The notes: generated from the sequence alone by a model not told the origin. A stretch of DNA of 64,000 nt from an uncultured virus (IMG/VR IMGVR_UViG_3300037189_025323) (IMGVR_UViG_3300037189_025323:1-64000); one strand, 5' to 3'; positions 26,843 to 37,465 are shown, counted from the first letter of the stretch. Translations and numbers: made by a program.

Positions 26843-29800
26843 CTTCCGTTATACCTAGCGGAACCAAGTTGACGGTGGCTATATATCTTTAATGGATGCC
26901 ATAGATGGAAAACCACAGAACCCCCAACCCAAGATATTTTAGCACCCGCATTATCTCGACAACGATTAGCGAGGTTTGCATCTTCTCCTCCCCAGCCAAT
27001 ATATCCCTCATCAAATCCACATACTTTAGCAAACATACCAGAAGGGACTGAGAAATTCCCTCCCCATACAGCAATAGAGTTGGAATTCAAATCATACATT
27101 CCCCATACCAAATTAGTTCTCCCCTCCTGATTCATTTCTGCAATAGAAACTATTTGATTGAAAGTCGAAACATTCTTAGGAGAGATTTTTCTCGTTCCTA
27201 CTTCATTAATGCTTTTTATTATTCCGGCTCCAATGGTATCATCTTTTAATTCCGAATGACTAGAAATTGAATCAGGACAGTGAATAACATCGGCATTCGT
27301 AAATAAAAGCCTTGATCCTTTTGCTTTATTTGCTCCTAAATTTTGAATAGAAGCCAGACGATATCCACCATGATCTCTTGTTACATATCGAATTTCAAAT
27401 GGATATCTGTTTTGGGTTAAAGAATCAAGCCATTCTATAGTTCCATCGGTGGAACCATCATCCGTAATGATTACTTCTATTGGCAATTGTTTTTGAAAAC
27501 TAAGGGATTCAAGGAAAATCTTAAGAGCACCCAATTGGTTATAAGAAGAAACCATTACAGAAACAGTGTTCTCAAAATTAAAAGGAAACGCTTTCTTATA
27601 AAACCCTTCATGAAAATCAAAGCATTTAGAAACTTCATGTTTTTTTGAAACCAAATCTCTTGCTTGTTTTCCTATTTTTTTAGAAAACTCTTTATCACTC
27701 AACAATAAAGAAATAAGTTCTTTCGCTTTATTATTATCTGTATATAAAAATCCATCTTCCCCATGAGAAATCATAGATGGTATCCCCCCAACAGCCCTGG
27801 CGACTACAGGTATGCCGAAAGACATAGCCTCTAAAATTGCTATTGGTTGGTTTTCCATACTAGAAGAATGAAGAATAACATCTGAATCCAGTAAATACTG
27901 TGTGGGATCTTGCTCATAGCCAGTAACAACCAAATCTACATCCAATAACTTGGCCTTCTTCTCTACTTCAGAACGGTATGCACTTCCTGGCTCTGCATCT
28001 CCAATTAACACTCCTTTAACATTAGGAATTCCAGCAAGAATCTCAACAAACTCCATTTGATTCTTTTCTTCATCCAATCTCCCCAACATTGATACTGTCC
28101 TTCCAGATAGTTGGGCTGTTTTTGTTGGGACAAAGATTGGGTTCAAAGATAAAAAGACATCATCACCGCACTTATTTTTAACAGCATCAACTAATAAATC
28201 TGTTACGCAAAATCGAGCAACTGCAAAATCTGCTGGAAAACTTTTACTCCCAGACCAAGCCCAATTCATTGATTGTATCCCATGCCATGTTTCAAAAAAC
28301 TTTTTATCCTTTAATCTTTCCTTAAGATATATTCTTTGATATTCCGTTAAGTTGGTAAGATGAATAATATCATAATTACCCAGCCGACGAACCATTTCCT
28401 CAGTCATTGCATCCCAAGTGTTTGGTCCTGCCTGAGTCCAAACCTCATCTGCCCACGAAACATCATACGATAAACTTCTTCTAGCAGTTGCAAAAAATCC
28501 AACCTTATATCCACGCTTTTTTGCCTCTAATCCAAGACGATAAAAATTCATTTCAGAACCACCAAAAGTCAAAGATGGCATCAAATAAGCAATCCTTATC
28601 GGATTACTTGTTTCTCCAAGAAAACAAGTAATCGAATTCCTATGAGTTTTCCCAAAATACGTAGAATCTGTAAGGTTATACTTCTTTATGTCACGTGTCT
28701 TAGAAATATCCATCTCTTGTCCATTTAGTGGTATTCCATACCTCATCTTAATAGCAGTTCTATCTAAAGCTTCTTCGCTACCTTGTCTTGTGCTTAGCCC
28801 CATGCCTTCATCAAGATAAAATCCAAGATCAATATCAAGAGCCTCGATTTGAACTCTCCTTGCAAGCCTCATTGCAAAATCATAGTCAGCAGAAACATTA
28901 AACTGTTCATCGAAATATCCATATCTTTCCATGGTGGATTTTCTCCACACAAAAAAAGGACCTATCCTCATTTCTTTCAATAATTCCGGGTTTCCTGTAG
29001 AATAACCAGAACGAACACACCTCCACCCTTCATAAGAACCAAAACGCCCAACTATCCAAAAACTACCATGAACAACGTCACACCCGGTATTATTTTTTAA
29101 GAAATCAACTTGCTGCCTAAGTGAATCTGGAGGTCTAAGATCATCAACATTCCCAATCGTTAATAAATCAGCATCAGCATTTCTAACACATTCATTCATC
29201 GACTCAGCCCAATTTGTCAATGAATCTTTAATTATATGTTTAACTTTTCCTGGAAATTTTCTATTAAAATTACCAATAATATCCAATTCAATTTTGGAAG
29301 GACAGTTGTGACAAATAACCAACTGACAATTATCAAGATTCGTAAATTTAGAAAAATAACTTAAATATGTTTCTAAAAATTTTTCACCCTTATACAAAGA
29401 CATTAGTACGCTTATTTCTGGTTTTGAATATTTTCCTTTTAAAAGATCAACAACCTGATCTGCTTTTTCACATATATTAAACCTTCCCCCAATGTTATGA
29501 AATATAATTTCTGACTTATTCTTCCAAACCAAAACATACCATTCTTTAACATTTTTAATCGCTTCTTTGTTCACACAAGCACAAAATGGACCTGTCTGAA
29601 TACCAATCACAATCTTTGATTTAGCTGCAATTTGGCCTATCTGTAATAAACTCAATCCGTAATCCAAAGTACATGGGAAATCGCCAAACTTCTTTGTGGT
29701 AAAGACCTTCTTGCCTTTCAATTCTTCATATAAAGACGCCAAAGCATTTTCATCTTGACTAAATTGCGTACTCATAGGAGTCGAATTAACAAAAAGCACG

Positions 29801-30234
29801 TCAGGATTCCCAATGTCTCTTAACATTGGGTTAGAACCACAAATCCAAGGATGATCGTAAATAAACTCCGACTTGTCTTTTATACCAAAAATAATGCCAT
29901 TCTTGGAACTAATTTCCAAAAACATTCGGAAACACATTTCCTGTATCTCTCTACCACTAACTTCTATGTTTTGACAAAAGTTATTTTCAGGACTACCAAT
30001 CCAAGTATTTATTGATTTACTTTTGTCAACTTCTATTATCGGCTTCAATAAAACCCGATCAATATAAGCTGGATGAATCAATTCTTTTACTTGTTTGAAG
30101 TAATCAGGGTTAATATAAAAAACTACATCAAAATCATTTAATGCGAGTATCTGATTAAAATAAGTAATTGCCCAAAGGCAATCTCCAATATGCAATTCAT
30201 TGTAAAATGAAATTTCTTTTTTATCATTAAACAT
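26839..30234 (-). CDS. Four-domain glycosyltransferase (GT9-like + GT2 + GT4 + GT2/GT7C)
   Basis: HIGD N-domain; ISVLMSLY..NVDD..DYDF; GGSE..ENQPIAILEAMSFG; VSVMVSSYN..DDGSTD..GWGGED. Confidence 0.85.
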   Translation of the reverse strand: MFNDKKEISFYNELHIGDCLWAITYFNQILALNDFDVVFYINPDYFKQVKELIHPAYIDRVLLKPIIEVDKSKSINTWIGSPENNFCQNIEVSGREIQEMCFRMFLEISSKNGIIFGIKDKSEFIYDHPWICGSNPMLRDIGNPDVLFVNSTPMSTQFSQDENALASLYEELKGKKVFTTKKFGDFPCTLDYGLSLLQIGQIAAKSKIVIGIQTGPFCACVNKEAIKNVKEWYVLVWKNKSEIIFHNIGGRFNICEKADQVVDLLKGKYSKPEISVLMSLYKGEKFLETYLSYFSKFTNLDNCQLVICHNCPSKIELDIIGNFNRKFPGKVKHIIKDSLTNWAESMNECVRNADADLLTIGNVDDLRPPDSLRQQVDFLKNNTGCDVVHGSFWIVGRFGSYEGWRCVRSGYSTGNPELLKEMRIGPFFVWRKSTMERYGYFDEQFNVSADYDFAMRLARRVQIEALDIDLGFYLDEGMGLSTRQGSEEALDRTAIKMRYGIPLNGQEMDISKTRDIKKYNLTDSTYFGKTHRNSITCFLGETSNPIRIAYLMPSLTFGGSEMNFYRLGLEAKKRGYKVGFFATARRSLSYDVSWADEVWTQAGPNTWDAMTEEMVRRLGNYDIIHLTNLTEYQRIYLKERLKDKKFFETWHGIQSMNWAWSGSKSFPADFAVARFCVTDLLVDAVKNKCGDDVFLSLNPIFVPTKTAQLSGRTVSMLGRLDEEKNQMEFVEILAGIPNVKGVLIGDAEPGSAYRSEVEKKAKLLDVDLVVTGYEQDPTQYLLDSDVILHSSSMENQPIAILEAMSFGIPVVARAVGGIPSMISHGEDGFLYTDNNKAKELISLLLSDKEFSKKIGKQARDLVSKKHEVSKCFDFHEGFYKKAFPFNFENTVSVMVSSYNQLGALKIFLESLSFQKQLPIEVIITDDGSTDGTIEWLDSLTQNRYPFEIRYVTRDHGGYRLASIQNLGANKAKGSRLLFTNADVIHCPDSISSHSELKDDTIGAGIIKSINEVGTRKISPKNVSTFNQIVSIAEMNQEGRTNLVWGMYDLNSNSIAVWGGNFSVPSGMFAKVCGFDEGYIGWGGEDANLANRCRDNAGAKISWVGGSVVFHLWHPLKIYSHRQLGSARYNGR

Positions 30235-31054
30235 TTATCTTAAAACTCCTATTAGTCTCGATAATTTTAACTAAACAATCAACCACCTCTTGAGCATTCT
30301 CTGAAACAATAAATCTTTCATCAACTCTATTATAAACCACTTGAGGCAAACTCTTTTTTATAAGAACATGCCAATCTCTATTTTTCTTTAAAGCCGCCTT
30401 GTTAACACAAGCACATAAAGGACCCGTATTAACACCAATCACCTTCTTTGCCTTTACTGCTATTTGTCCAATCTGCAACAAATTCAACCCATAATCCAAA
30501 GTACAGGAAAATCCATGAGACCTTTTAGTAACAAAAGTCTTTTTCGTTCCCAAAAAATTATATAACGGAATAAGATCGTCATCATTTTGAGAAAACTGAC
30601 CACTCATAGGTACAGAATTTATAAACAAAAACTCAGGGTCTCCTTCTTTTTCAAGCATCGGATTGGACCCATAATGCCATGGATGATCAAAAACAAATTC
30701 ATCTCTGTGATTCATCGGGAAGTAAATACCATGTCTTTGGCTTAAGCCTTTAAACATAGTAAAACACATACCATTTATTTCATGATTATTTGAATTTAAG
30801 TTAGAAGTAAAAGAATAATCTGGATGGCCAAACCATGTGTTAATAGAATTAGACTTATCAGCCTCTTCTAATGGGCGAAGCTCTATCCTATCTTTATAAA
30901 ATGGATGAACCAATTCCCTCAATTCTTGAAAATATTTATAATTAACACAAAAAACGATATTAATGTCATTAAATTCAAGAATCGAATGGAAATAAGTAAG
31001 AGACCATATGCAATCTCCGATATGACATTCATTATAAAAGCTAACTTTTTTCAT
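30227..31054 (-). CDS. Stand-alone paralog of the N-terminal domain of 26839-30234 (GT9-like)
   Basis: Shares SFYNE.HIGDC.W, SINTW, DHPW..GSNPML and CTLDYGL.LLQIGQIA with that domain. Confidence 0.75.
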   Translation of the reverse strand: MKKVSFYNECHIGDCIWSLTYFHSILEFNDINIVFCVNYKYFQELRELVHPFYKDRIELRPLEEADKSNSINTWFGHPDYSFTSNLNSNNHEINGMCFTMFKGLSQRHGIYFPMNHRDEFVFDHPWHYGSNPMLEKEGDPEFLFINSVPMSGQFSQNDDDLIPLYNFLGTKKTFVTKRSHGFSCTLDYGLNLLQIGQIAVKAKKVIGVNTGPLCACVNKAALKKNRDWHVLIKKSLPQVVYNRVDERFIVSENAQEVVDCLVKIIETNRSFKINV

Positions 31055-31761
31055 TAAATTACCGGAAAATAATCTACATTATCAAAAATCCAACCCCTAC
31101 CGTTAACATCAACTTGCGGACAAAAACAAATTAGCTTCGGAAATAAATTATTTTGCCTTAAAGCAGATGCTAAAATAGTCCCACCACTTAATAAACTAAT
31201 ATATTTCTTGCAACTAAATATTATATCACAAAAATCAAAAATATCGGAGGGAACGTACGTTTTAAAACTTTTAAATCTATCAAACCTCAAAGAATGCCGG
31301 GAAACTCTCGAATTATCAATGATAACAACATTTTGATCTTCAAAATGACTTTCAATTTTAGATGGCAGAACTTCTACAGCAGAATCATAATTAAAAGTAA
31401 CGGTGTTAAATTCTAAAATTGTTTTCCCAACAAAATCCCCTCTCAAGCAAGGATTGTAATAAATTTTTGGATAAATATTAAAGATTTTCCCTAAATAAGC
31501 CTTTTCCCAAACAGATACCAAATTATATATCATTGGAGTCGGATAAATAGGATTCCAACCTAAATTGGCATCATCATCTGTGAACCCAGACACATAAGGA
31601 TTCATTTCCCAAACAAGTTTTTTTGTCTGAGAATTACGAAGAACGTTTTTTGATGATACAAATACTTCATGCCCATGCTTAGTCAATAACTCAGGAAGAG
31701 TTGAAAACTGAAGATTATCCCCTAAACCCCCACACTGCTGACCAATTACATATCGACTCAT
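31054..31761 (-). CDS. Putative glycosyltransferase (GT9/GT11-like)
   Basis: GGLGDNLQFSTLPE and NPYV motifs, in glycan-island context. Confidence 0.55.
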   Translation of the reverse strand: MSRYVIGQQCGGLGDNLQFSTLPELLTKHGHEVFVSSKNVLRNSQTKKLVWEMNPYVSGFTDDDANLGWNPIYPTPMIYNLVSVWEKAYLGKIFNIYPKIYYNPCLRGDFVGKTILEFNTVTFNYDSAVEVLPSKIESHFEDQNVVIIDNSRVSRHSLRFDRFKSFKTYVPSDIFDFCDIIFSCKKYISLLSGGTILASALRQNNLFPKLICFCPQVDVNGRGWIFDNVDYFPVI

Positions 31762-31771
31762 TAAAAAAACC

Positions 31772-32278
31772 TTATTTTTTCGTCACCTTAAATTTAAATC
31801 CTATGATATATCCTTTCAACTGAGTTCCATTTAACACCTTTCCATCCGAAGAAAGAATAAATTCATGAGAAGTATCATTGCTAAAATTCGTTTTAAGCAT
31901 AACAGGACGAGAACTTGTTAACACCCAAGTCCCCGTAGATCCATCTTCCGTTTTTAAAGTACCATTAGCTAGAAATTCAACAACCACCCCATTAAACCAT
32001 ACCCACTTACCTACAATCAAACTGCTTTCAGTAGATGAGATTGTTTTTACAATATCAATTTCTTTCTGAACAAAAGCCATGGCTTCTGTTTCCCCCTGTA
32101 CCCCATAATTCCGTTTCATCATTTCCAAATCAACCAAATAAGCCCTCTTATAAGGCTCTGCTACCTGCTTAACCTTCTGCTCATACTGTTGCCTGCGCAT
32201 CTGAAGTGCTTTCGGTTCCTCAGTCTGAGCCATGACCATACTTCCCATTGCTACCACCATCATCAATACCTTTTTCAT
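31772..32278 (-). CDS. Secreted hypothetical protein
   Basis: Signal peptide MKKVLMMVVAMGSMVMA, a helical domain and a beta domain (IVGKWVW..F..NG). Confidence 0.65.
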   Translation of the reverse strand: MKKVLMMVVAMGSMVMAQTEEPKALQMRRQQYEQKVKQVAEPYKRAYLVDLEMMKRNYGVQGETEAMAFVQKEIDIVKTISSTESSLIVGKWVWFNGVVVEFLANGTLKTEDGSTGTWVLTSSRPVMLKTNFSNDTSHEFILSSDGKVLNGTQLKGYIIGFKFKVTKK

Positions 32279-32440
32279 TTCCCATTCCCCCTTTTTGTCC
32301 CCGATCCTCAAAACGAGAATCAATGTCAACAAGGAGAAATAAACACCATTTATCCCTAAAAAACAAGATTTTCTATTAGTCTTTATCCTAATTCATGGAT
32401 TCACCTATTTTAAAAAGAGACGATTTACTATTCTTAAACC

Positions 32441-33019
32441 CTATCTTTTCTGCAAAACCAACTCGATAAATGATTCTGCCCCATTACCATCAAGCGTTTG
32501 ATCAACATTCCTCAATGAATAATCGTAACCAGAATCCGCCTTAATTAAATGAACAAACTTACTTCCTGGAAGAAAATCACAAAACTCTATAACATTCACA
32601 GACTTTGAACTCCAAGATTCTTTTTTCCAAGGAGTAAAAGTCCATTTATGATCTTGGTTCCATCTAGAAGGAAATATTCCCTGTTCATATAAATCTTCAT
32701 CCGGTATTATTACCACCATATACCCACCAAACTTAACCAAAGACCACCACTGGGTTAATCCAACAACCGGGTCTACCAAGTGCTCCAAGCAATTTGAGCT
32801 ATATACAAAGTCAAAAGTCCTTTTTACGTAATCAGAAATAAATTGAGCATCCCCATTCTTTATATCAAAAGTCTGAACAAGATCAATATTCTCAAACCAA
32901 TGTCTCTTGAAAGGATCTCCACCTCATCCGATATCAATACCATCTCCCCTAAAAATATTCTTATATACCGGATTTTTAGAAAAACGCCTATTAAATGCTT
33001 TTGTTGTTTCAAAAGACAT
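32441..33019 (-). CDS. Class I SAM-dependent methyltransferase with in-frame TGA at codon 32 (recoded or pseudogene)
   Basis: ATG at 33019 reads MSFETTKAFNRR...GDGIDIG*GGDPF...GDAQ..FDFVYSSNCLEHL, continuous with the tracked 32441-32788 ORF. Confidence 0.8.
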
Positions 33020-33021
33020 AC

Positions 33022-34239
33022 TTACCCCTCAAAAACAAGATTTGCTATCTGCTCTTTCTCGCAATTAGGGATATTCCCTAACTTCCAAAACGTATACTCC
33101 CCTTCTTTATACACATAATCATCAATCCCTAGCTCCAAAAACCGCTGGTGAATAGCCTTATCATACCAAGTAGAAAAATACCGAACCAACCTCTGAATCT
33201 CTTGGTTCCTAACCTTATGAGTATTCCCCTCAGCATTCCGATACTGGATATAACAACAACTAGGAACCCGAACCATCCTTGTCCCCAAAAATGTCCTTAC
33301 CATCAATTCATAATCGTCAGCAACATGAATGTTATCCCCATGCCCTCCAATATCATTGTAAAAACTCCTCCTCCAAGAACGAATATGATTCGGAGCAGCA
33401 ATGATGTGTCTAATGGTCTTGGGATTAACATTCGGACCATTTGAAACCAAATACTTTACCCCACCATGAATCTCCTCTCGATAAGACCCATAGCCGAAAC
33501 CCCAACCCTTTGGATATTCAACAGGAGAACCGTCCTCAAAGCATTCTGCAAAATCGGTGTAAACAAAACCAGCCTCAGGATGGCTTTGATAAGCAGCAAC
33601 TACCTTCTCTAATGCCCAAGGCGTCAATTCATCATCATGATCCAACTCAACAAGGAATTCTCCTCTCCCCAACATGCAAGCATCCCTCTTCACATGCCCA
33701 ATAACCCCAGAGTTCCTATCCGCCCTATAAAGACGAATCCGATAGTCCTTCTTCGCCAACTCTGTTAGCATCTCAAAAGTTTTACCACCATCATCAGAAT
33801 CATCCATGATAACCCATTCCCAATCCTTATACTTCTGAGACACCAAGGATTGAAATGGTCTAAGAATTTTATCACCCGTGCGATAAGCAGGCGTAAAAAC
33901 AGTAACCAACGGGAAAGAATCTCTTTTCGCCAACAAACTATGAAGATAACAGTAAAAAGCTTCTCCACCAATCTTTGCTAAATCATCCATCTTCTCATAA
34001 TTCACCCACTTCCTTCTTACCTCGAAAGAAGCAGAATAAAGATTTGGAAAGTCTTCTTGCTTCCCAAATGAAATAATTGCCCCAGGACGATCCTTAGCCA
34101 ATACAGAATAAAGATCATCGTCTGTTAAATAACAACGACAATCCAACTTGCTCGTCTCAAATACAGGAACAGGACCAAGAGACTCTAATGAAATATTTTC
34201 TACACCAAAAATACAAACAACGGGAAGTAGACCAGCCAT
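33022..34239 (-). CDS. GT2 glycosyltransferase
   Basis: VTVFTPAY, WVIMDDSDD, ELDHDD and DDYEL motifs. Confidence 0.88.
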   Translation of the reverse strand: MAGLLPVVCIFGVENISLESLGPVPVFETSKLDCRCYLTDDDLYSVLAKDRPGAIISFGKQEDFPNLYSASFEVRRKWVNYEKMDDLAKIGGEAFYCYLHSLLAKRDSFPLVTVFTPAYRTGDKILRPFQSLVSQKYKDWEWVIMDDSDDGGKTFEMLTELAKKDYRIRLYRADRNSGVIGHVKRDACMLGRGEFLVELDHDDELTPWALEKVVAAYQSHPEAGFVYTDFAECFEDGSPVEYPKGWGFGYGSYREEIHGGVKYLVSNGPNVNPKTIRHIIAAPNHIRSWRRSFYNDIGGHGDNIHVADDYELMVRTFLGTRMVRVPSCCYIQYRNAEGNTHKVRNQEIQRLVRYFSTWYDKAIHQRFLELGIDDYVYKEGEYTFWKLGNIPNCEKEQIANLVFEG

Positions 34240-34248
34240 AATCTCTCC

Positions 34249-34842
34249 TTATCTCTTTATAATAAGAATTTCACCACGAAAACTCTTTACATATTCCTTG
34301 TAGAGAATATCCCCAGATTTCTCTTTCAAGAATTCATCAATAGCGTTCTTTACATCTGCTATGTAATCATAATCATCAACAAGCATAATTCCATGGCTTT
34401 TAATTATTCCCCAAACCATTCGCATATCATGCAAGGCTCCAGCAGTAGTGTGATCTCCATCAACATGAAAAAAGTCGAACCCGCTTTCTGGGAATTCATT
34501 AATTGATTGGGTATCTACTTTAGTCAAAGAAATATTGGACCTTGGAAAATCTCTCTTCAGAATAGAATTCGCATATTCTAACCCGGCTATGTTAGTCCCC
34601 CCATGTTCTCCACCAACAACGTCAAAACCAGAATAGGGGACGCTAAAGCCAGATCCAGACAAAAAAGCATGAGCAGAATAACCCAAACGCACTCCTATCT
34701 CACCAATTTTCTTTGGACCAAATCGCCTTGCTAATTTATACTTTGTCACATAATGATTATAGAAATTTTCCCCATGACAACCAACATCTAAAGGGTGAGC
34801 AACTATCTTCAACCAAGATTCGTAAGACAGACATTCCATCAT
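34249..34842 (-). CDS. Class I SAM methyltransferase (Methyltransf_24-like)
   Basis: EIGVRLGYS, FFHVDGDH and LVDDY motifs. Confidence 0.85.
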   Translation of the reverse strand: MMECLSYESWLKIVAHPLDVGCHGENFYNHYVTKYKLARRFGPKKIGEIGVRLGYSAHAFLSGSGFSVPYSGFDVVGGEHGGTNIAGLEYANSILKRDFPRSNISLTKVDTQSINEFPESGFDFFHVDGDHTTAGALHDMRMVWGIIKSHGIMLVDDYDYIADVKNAIDEFLKEKSGDILYKEYVKSFRGEILIIKR

Positions 34843-35636
34843 AACACTCTCCTCACAAAAACCAATATCTTATCAACATATTCTTCCAAATCACCAACAC
34901 AATCCACAGCCTCTATTTTATCCGGAATTTTTTCCCCTAATTCAAAACACCTATTAGTCAAATCTCCCAATACCAACTTATCCCTCCGACAAATAACAGA
35001 ACCGCCTAACGCCAAATGTCTCCTAACCTGAATATCATACCCATCTTCCATATCAGACGGATAATAACCAACACAACCAGCCCTAATCTTTGAATTGAAA
35101 TCTAAATTTGAATACAAAAATTCCCTCTTAACATCAAACTGACAATTCCCCCAAGTCCTAAAAACAAGAACATCATCCGGGAAACTGAAACCACCATCGG
35201 AAAGATGAATCATTCCATTTTCTGGATTCACCAGCCGCCTTCTACCCGCTTCTAAGCCAAGAATAGGAGGAGGGGCAACCAAAGACCTAAACCCATGACC
35301 AAACCTCTTAAACGCCAAATCCTGAGCCATAGAAGAAGAAACAACAATCCCATCCCAATCCCCAACAGGATGATTCTTAACCTGTCCTAAAACAAAAAGA
35401 ATCCTCTTCTTTGCTAAAGGGCAAACAGCAACCGATCCAACACATACAGCCAAATCATAAACCTCTGTATGTGACAAAGGACTCCCATTAGAAATCCTAA
35501 TTACCTCATCAAGCCTAGATAGAGCAATTGCAATTGCTTCTAATTCAGGACTAGGATGATTAAACGCCAGTGCTATTCTCAATGTTCTCTCTCCTCCCAA
35601 AAACAAACCGCTTACCTTCTTCGGAATATTCGGCAA
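34839..35636 (-). CDS. Hypothetical protein, degenerate GT-B-like; true start possibly near 35582
   Basis: Island context and an EDGYDIQV..LALGGSVI segment. Confidence 0.5.
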   Translation of the reverse strand: MPNIPKKVSGLFLGGERTLRIALAFNHPSPELEAIAIALSRLDEVIRISNGSPLSHTEVYDLAVCVGSVAVCPLAKKRILFVLGQVKNHPVGDWDGIVVSSSMAQDLAFKRFGHGFRSLVAPPPILGLEAGRRRLVNPENGMIHLSDGGFSFPDDVLVFRTWGNCQFDVKREFLYSNLDFNSKIRAGCVGYYPSDMEDGYDIQVRRHLALGGSVICRRDKLVLGDLTNRCFELGEKIPDKIEAVDCVGDLEEYVDKILVFVRRVL

Positions 35637-35964
35637 ACCTAATCGGACAAGGATTCATCTGGCAAAAACTCACAGATACAAAAGGTTGCATCCTCTTAAT
35701 ACTTGCTGACATTGAAACACATAAAACAACAAACTGAAGATCCCCATCAATATTACTCTGCTGAGCATCTAAGATAACAATACCAGGAACAACCGAAGAA
35801 TAAAATCTTTGAATATCAGCAGGGAAATAAAACCTCAAACCTGTCTTAATATACCGAATGCCACCAAAATCAAAGTTGTAGTCCTCAGCAGAATGAAGAA
35901 CCATCGGGTTCGATTCCGGAGTAATCATTTCCTTATCTATTTTATCTATTCTAATTGTCCTCAT
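35560..35964 (-). CDS. Degenerate dUTPase-fold protein
   Basis: LHSAED..YIKTGLRFYFP..PGIV resembles a trimeric dUTPase, but the catalytic motifs are eroded. Confidence 0.4.
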   Translation of the reverse strand: MRTIRIDKIDKEMITPESNPMVLHSAEDYNFDFGGIRYIKTGLRFYFPADIQRFYSSVVPGIVILDAQQSNIDGDLQFVVLCVSMSASIKRMQPFVSVSFCQMNPCPIRFAEYSEEGKRFVFGRRENIENSTGV

Positions 35965-36707
35965 ATCATTCCCCTGTCTTTACGATATTTCTGAATACCC
36001 AAAGCTTTTATTGAATAAACCTTCCGAGGATGAGCCAAGTGATATCCGAATGAGCCTTCAACCCAAGAAGCCCAAGCCCCAGCTTTTAAACAGCGTTCAA
36101 CGAAATCTGGCTCTTCACCACCATATTTACACTTATAATCAGAAGAAAAACCATTAACGTCTTCATAGAACTTAACAGGAACAGAAAAGTTACCACACCA
36201 AAACCCACAAGGATTCAACATCGGACGATATCCGCGCCAAATTTCATTACCATACCCTCCCTTGTGAGCATTATAAAGAAACTCTATATACTCAAAACAA
36301 GAAATATCATCAATCTTAATTAAAGAAGCAATTGTTGAAACAATCTCCCTGATAAACCCTCCACCTAAATTAAAATCAGGAAGGTCTTCATGTAATTTTA
36401 CAGAATCAGGAGAAAGTAAGACATCTGCATTAGAAATTAAGAGCCTTATTCCTTTTAATCTTCCAAGCCCCGCATTGTAAACCCCTGCAACATTATACCC
36501 GTCATGTTTGGTTGTTACATAGGACAATGGGAAAGGGAATCGACTCCCAGGCAAAGCATCAAGCCATTCTATAGTCCCATCAGTTGAACCATCATCCGAT
36601 ACAATAACCTCAATAGGCAACACGCTTTGTTTGGATAACGCCTCCAGAGACAATTCTAAAGTTTGTCTCTGGTTATAAGAAGAAATAATTACAGAAGTTT
36701 TGCTCAT
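35961..36707 (-). CDS. GT2/GT7C glycosyltransferase
   Basis: SVIISSYNQ, DDGSTDGT, GNFSVP and YGGEE motifs. Paralog of the last domain of 26839-30234. Confidence 0.85.
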   Translation of the reverse strand: MSKTSVIISSYNQRQTLELSLEALSKQSVLPIEVIVSDDGSTDGTIEWLDALPGSRFPFPLSYVTTKHDGYNVAGVYNAGLGRLKGIRLLISNADVLLSPDSVKLHEDLPDFNLGGGFIREIVSTIASLIKIDDISCFEYIEFLYNAHKGGYGNEIWRGYRPMLNPCGFWCGNFSVPVKFYEDVNGFSSDYKCKYGGEEPDFVERCLKAGAWASWVEGSFGYHLAHPRKVYSIKALGIQKYRKDRGMI

Positions 36708-37465
36708 TTAACTATTTGAGATAAAGCTTCCATAATTTCTTCACATTTTACATCAGTCTCACAAATGTTCTCTTGTTTATTCGCACATTTAATCTTCAAA
36801 ACATTATTAAATAAAGAAACTGCATTCAATTTTAAACACTCATTTTTGCTACAACATTCACCCGAAACCATTCTGCATGGAATCCCCTCTCTGAAGGGAC
36901 GAATATGCTTTTCAGAAAAAAATCCATTAACAAAAACCATCGGGATATTAGTTGCCATCGCAACCCAAGACATATCCTCTGCACAACCAACAAAAGCTTT
37001 ACCCTGACTTAACAGATTAACCAAAAGACACAAATCATTTGCTGAATATCCAAGAACAGACATCTTTGGATAAGACAAAGCGATTTGCTTTACTATCTCA
37101 GGATAACGATTAGAGAATAATTCGCCAACATATACAACATCAGGAACCTTAATATCTTGATATGGATGAAAAACCCTCATCCTCCTAGATCTCAACCGAA
37201 CGTCTCCCAAAATAGCCAAAGAATAAACATCCATTAAATGGGCATCAAAAATTGAATCTACAATAACATCTAAATCAATAATAGATTTCCCTTTGAAAAA
37301 CCCAATTTGATCTACATCTGGATTCCCATTAAATATCTCAGGATTTGTTGTCTCCAAAAGAATTTCATCTTGAGGATAACGGATCTTACACTCATGAATA
37401 ATAGAAGTTAAAATTAAACTCTTTCTAACACCACCATGAAGAAGTTTGATAACCATAATCAGCAA
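36704..37465 (-). CDS. GT9 (heptosyltransferase)-like protein, divergent
   Basis: EIFNGNPDVD, AFVG...WVAMATNIP and C-terminal Cys cluster. Confidence 0.55.
   Translation of the reverse strand: MLIMVIKLLHGGVRKSLILTSIIHECKIRYPQDEILLETTNPEIFNGNPDVDQIGFFKGKSIIDLDVIVDSIFDAHLMDVYSLAILGDVRLRSRRMRVFHPYQDIKVPDVVYVGELFSNRYPEIVKQIALSYPKMSVLGYSANDLCLLVNLLSQGKAFVGCAEDMSWVAMATNIPMVFVNGFFSEKHIRPFREGIPCRMVSGECCSKNECLKLNAVSLFNNVLKIKCANKQENICETDVKCEEIMEALSQIVK

Noticed and set aside
32441..32788. 115-aa ORF as a complete gene
   Set aside because: It lacks the SAM-binding motif and is the 3' part of the TGA-interrupted gene starting at 33019.
9833..36499. GGTATAAT matches inside coding regions (about 9833, 12750, 36492)
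   Set aside because: Explained by codons (G-I-M, R-Y-N, G-Y-N) and far from any gene start.
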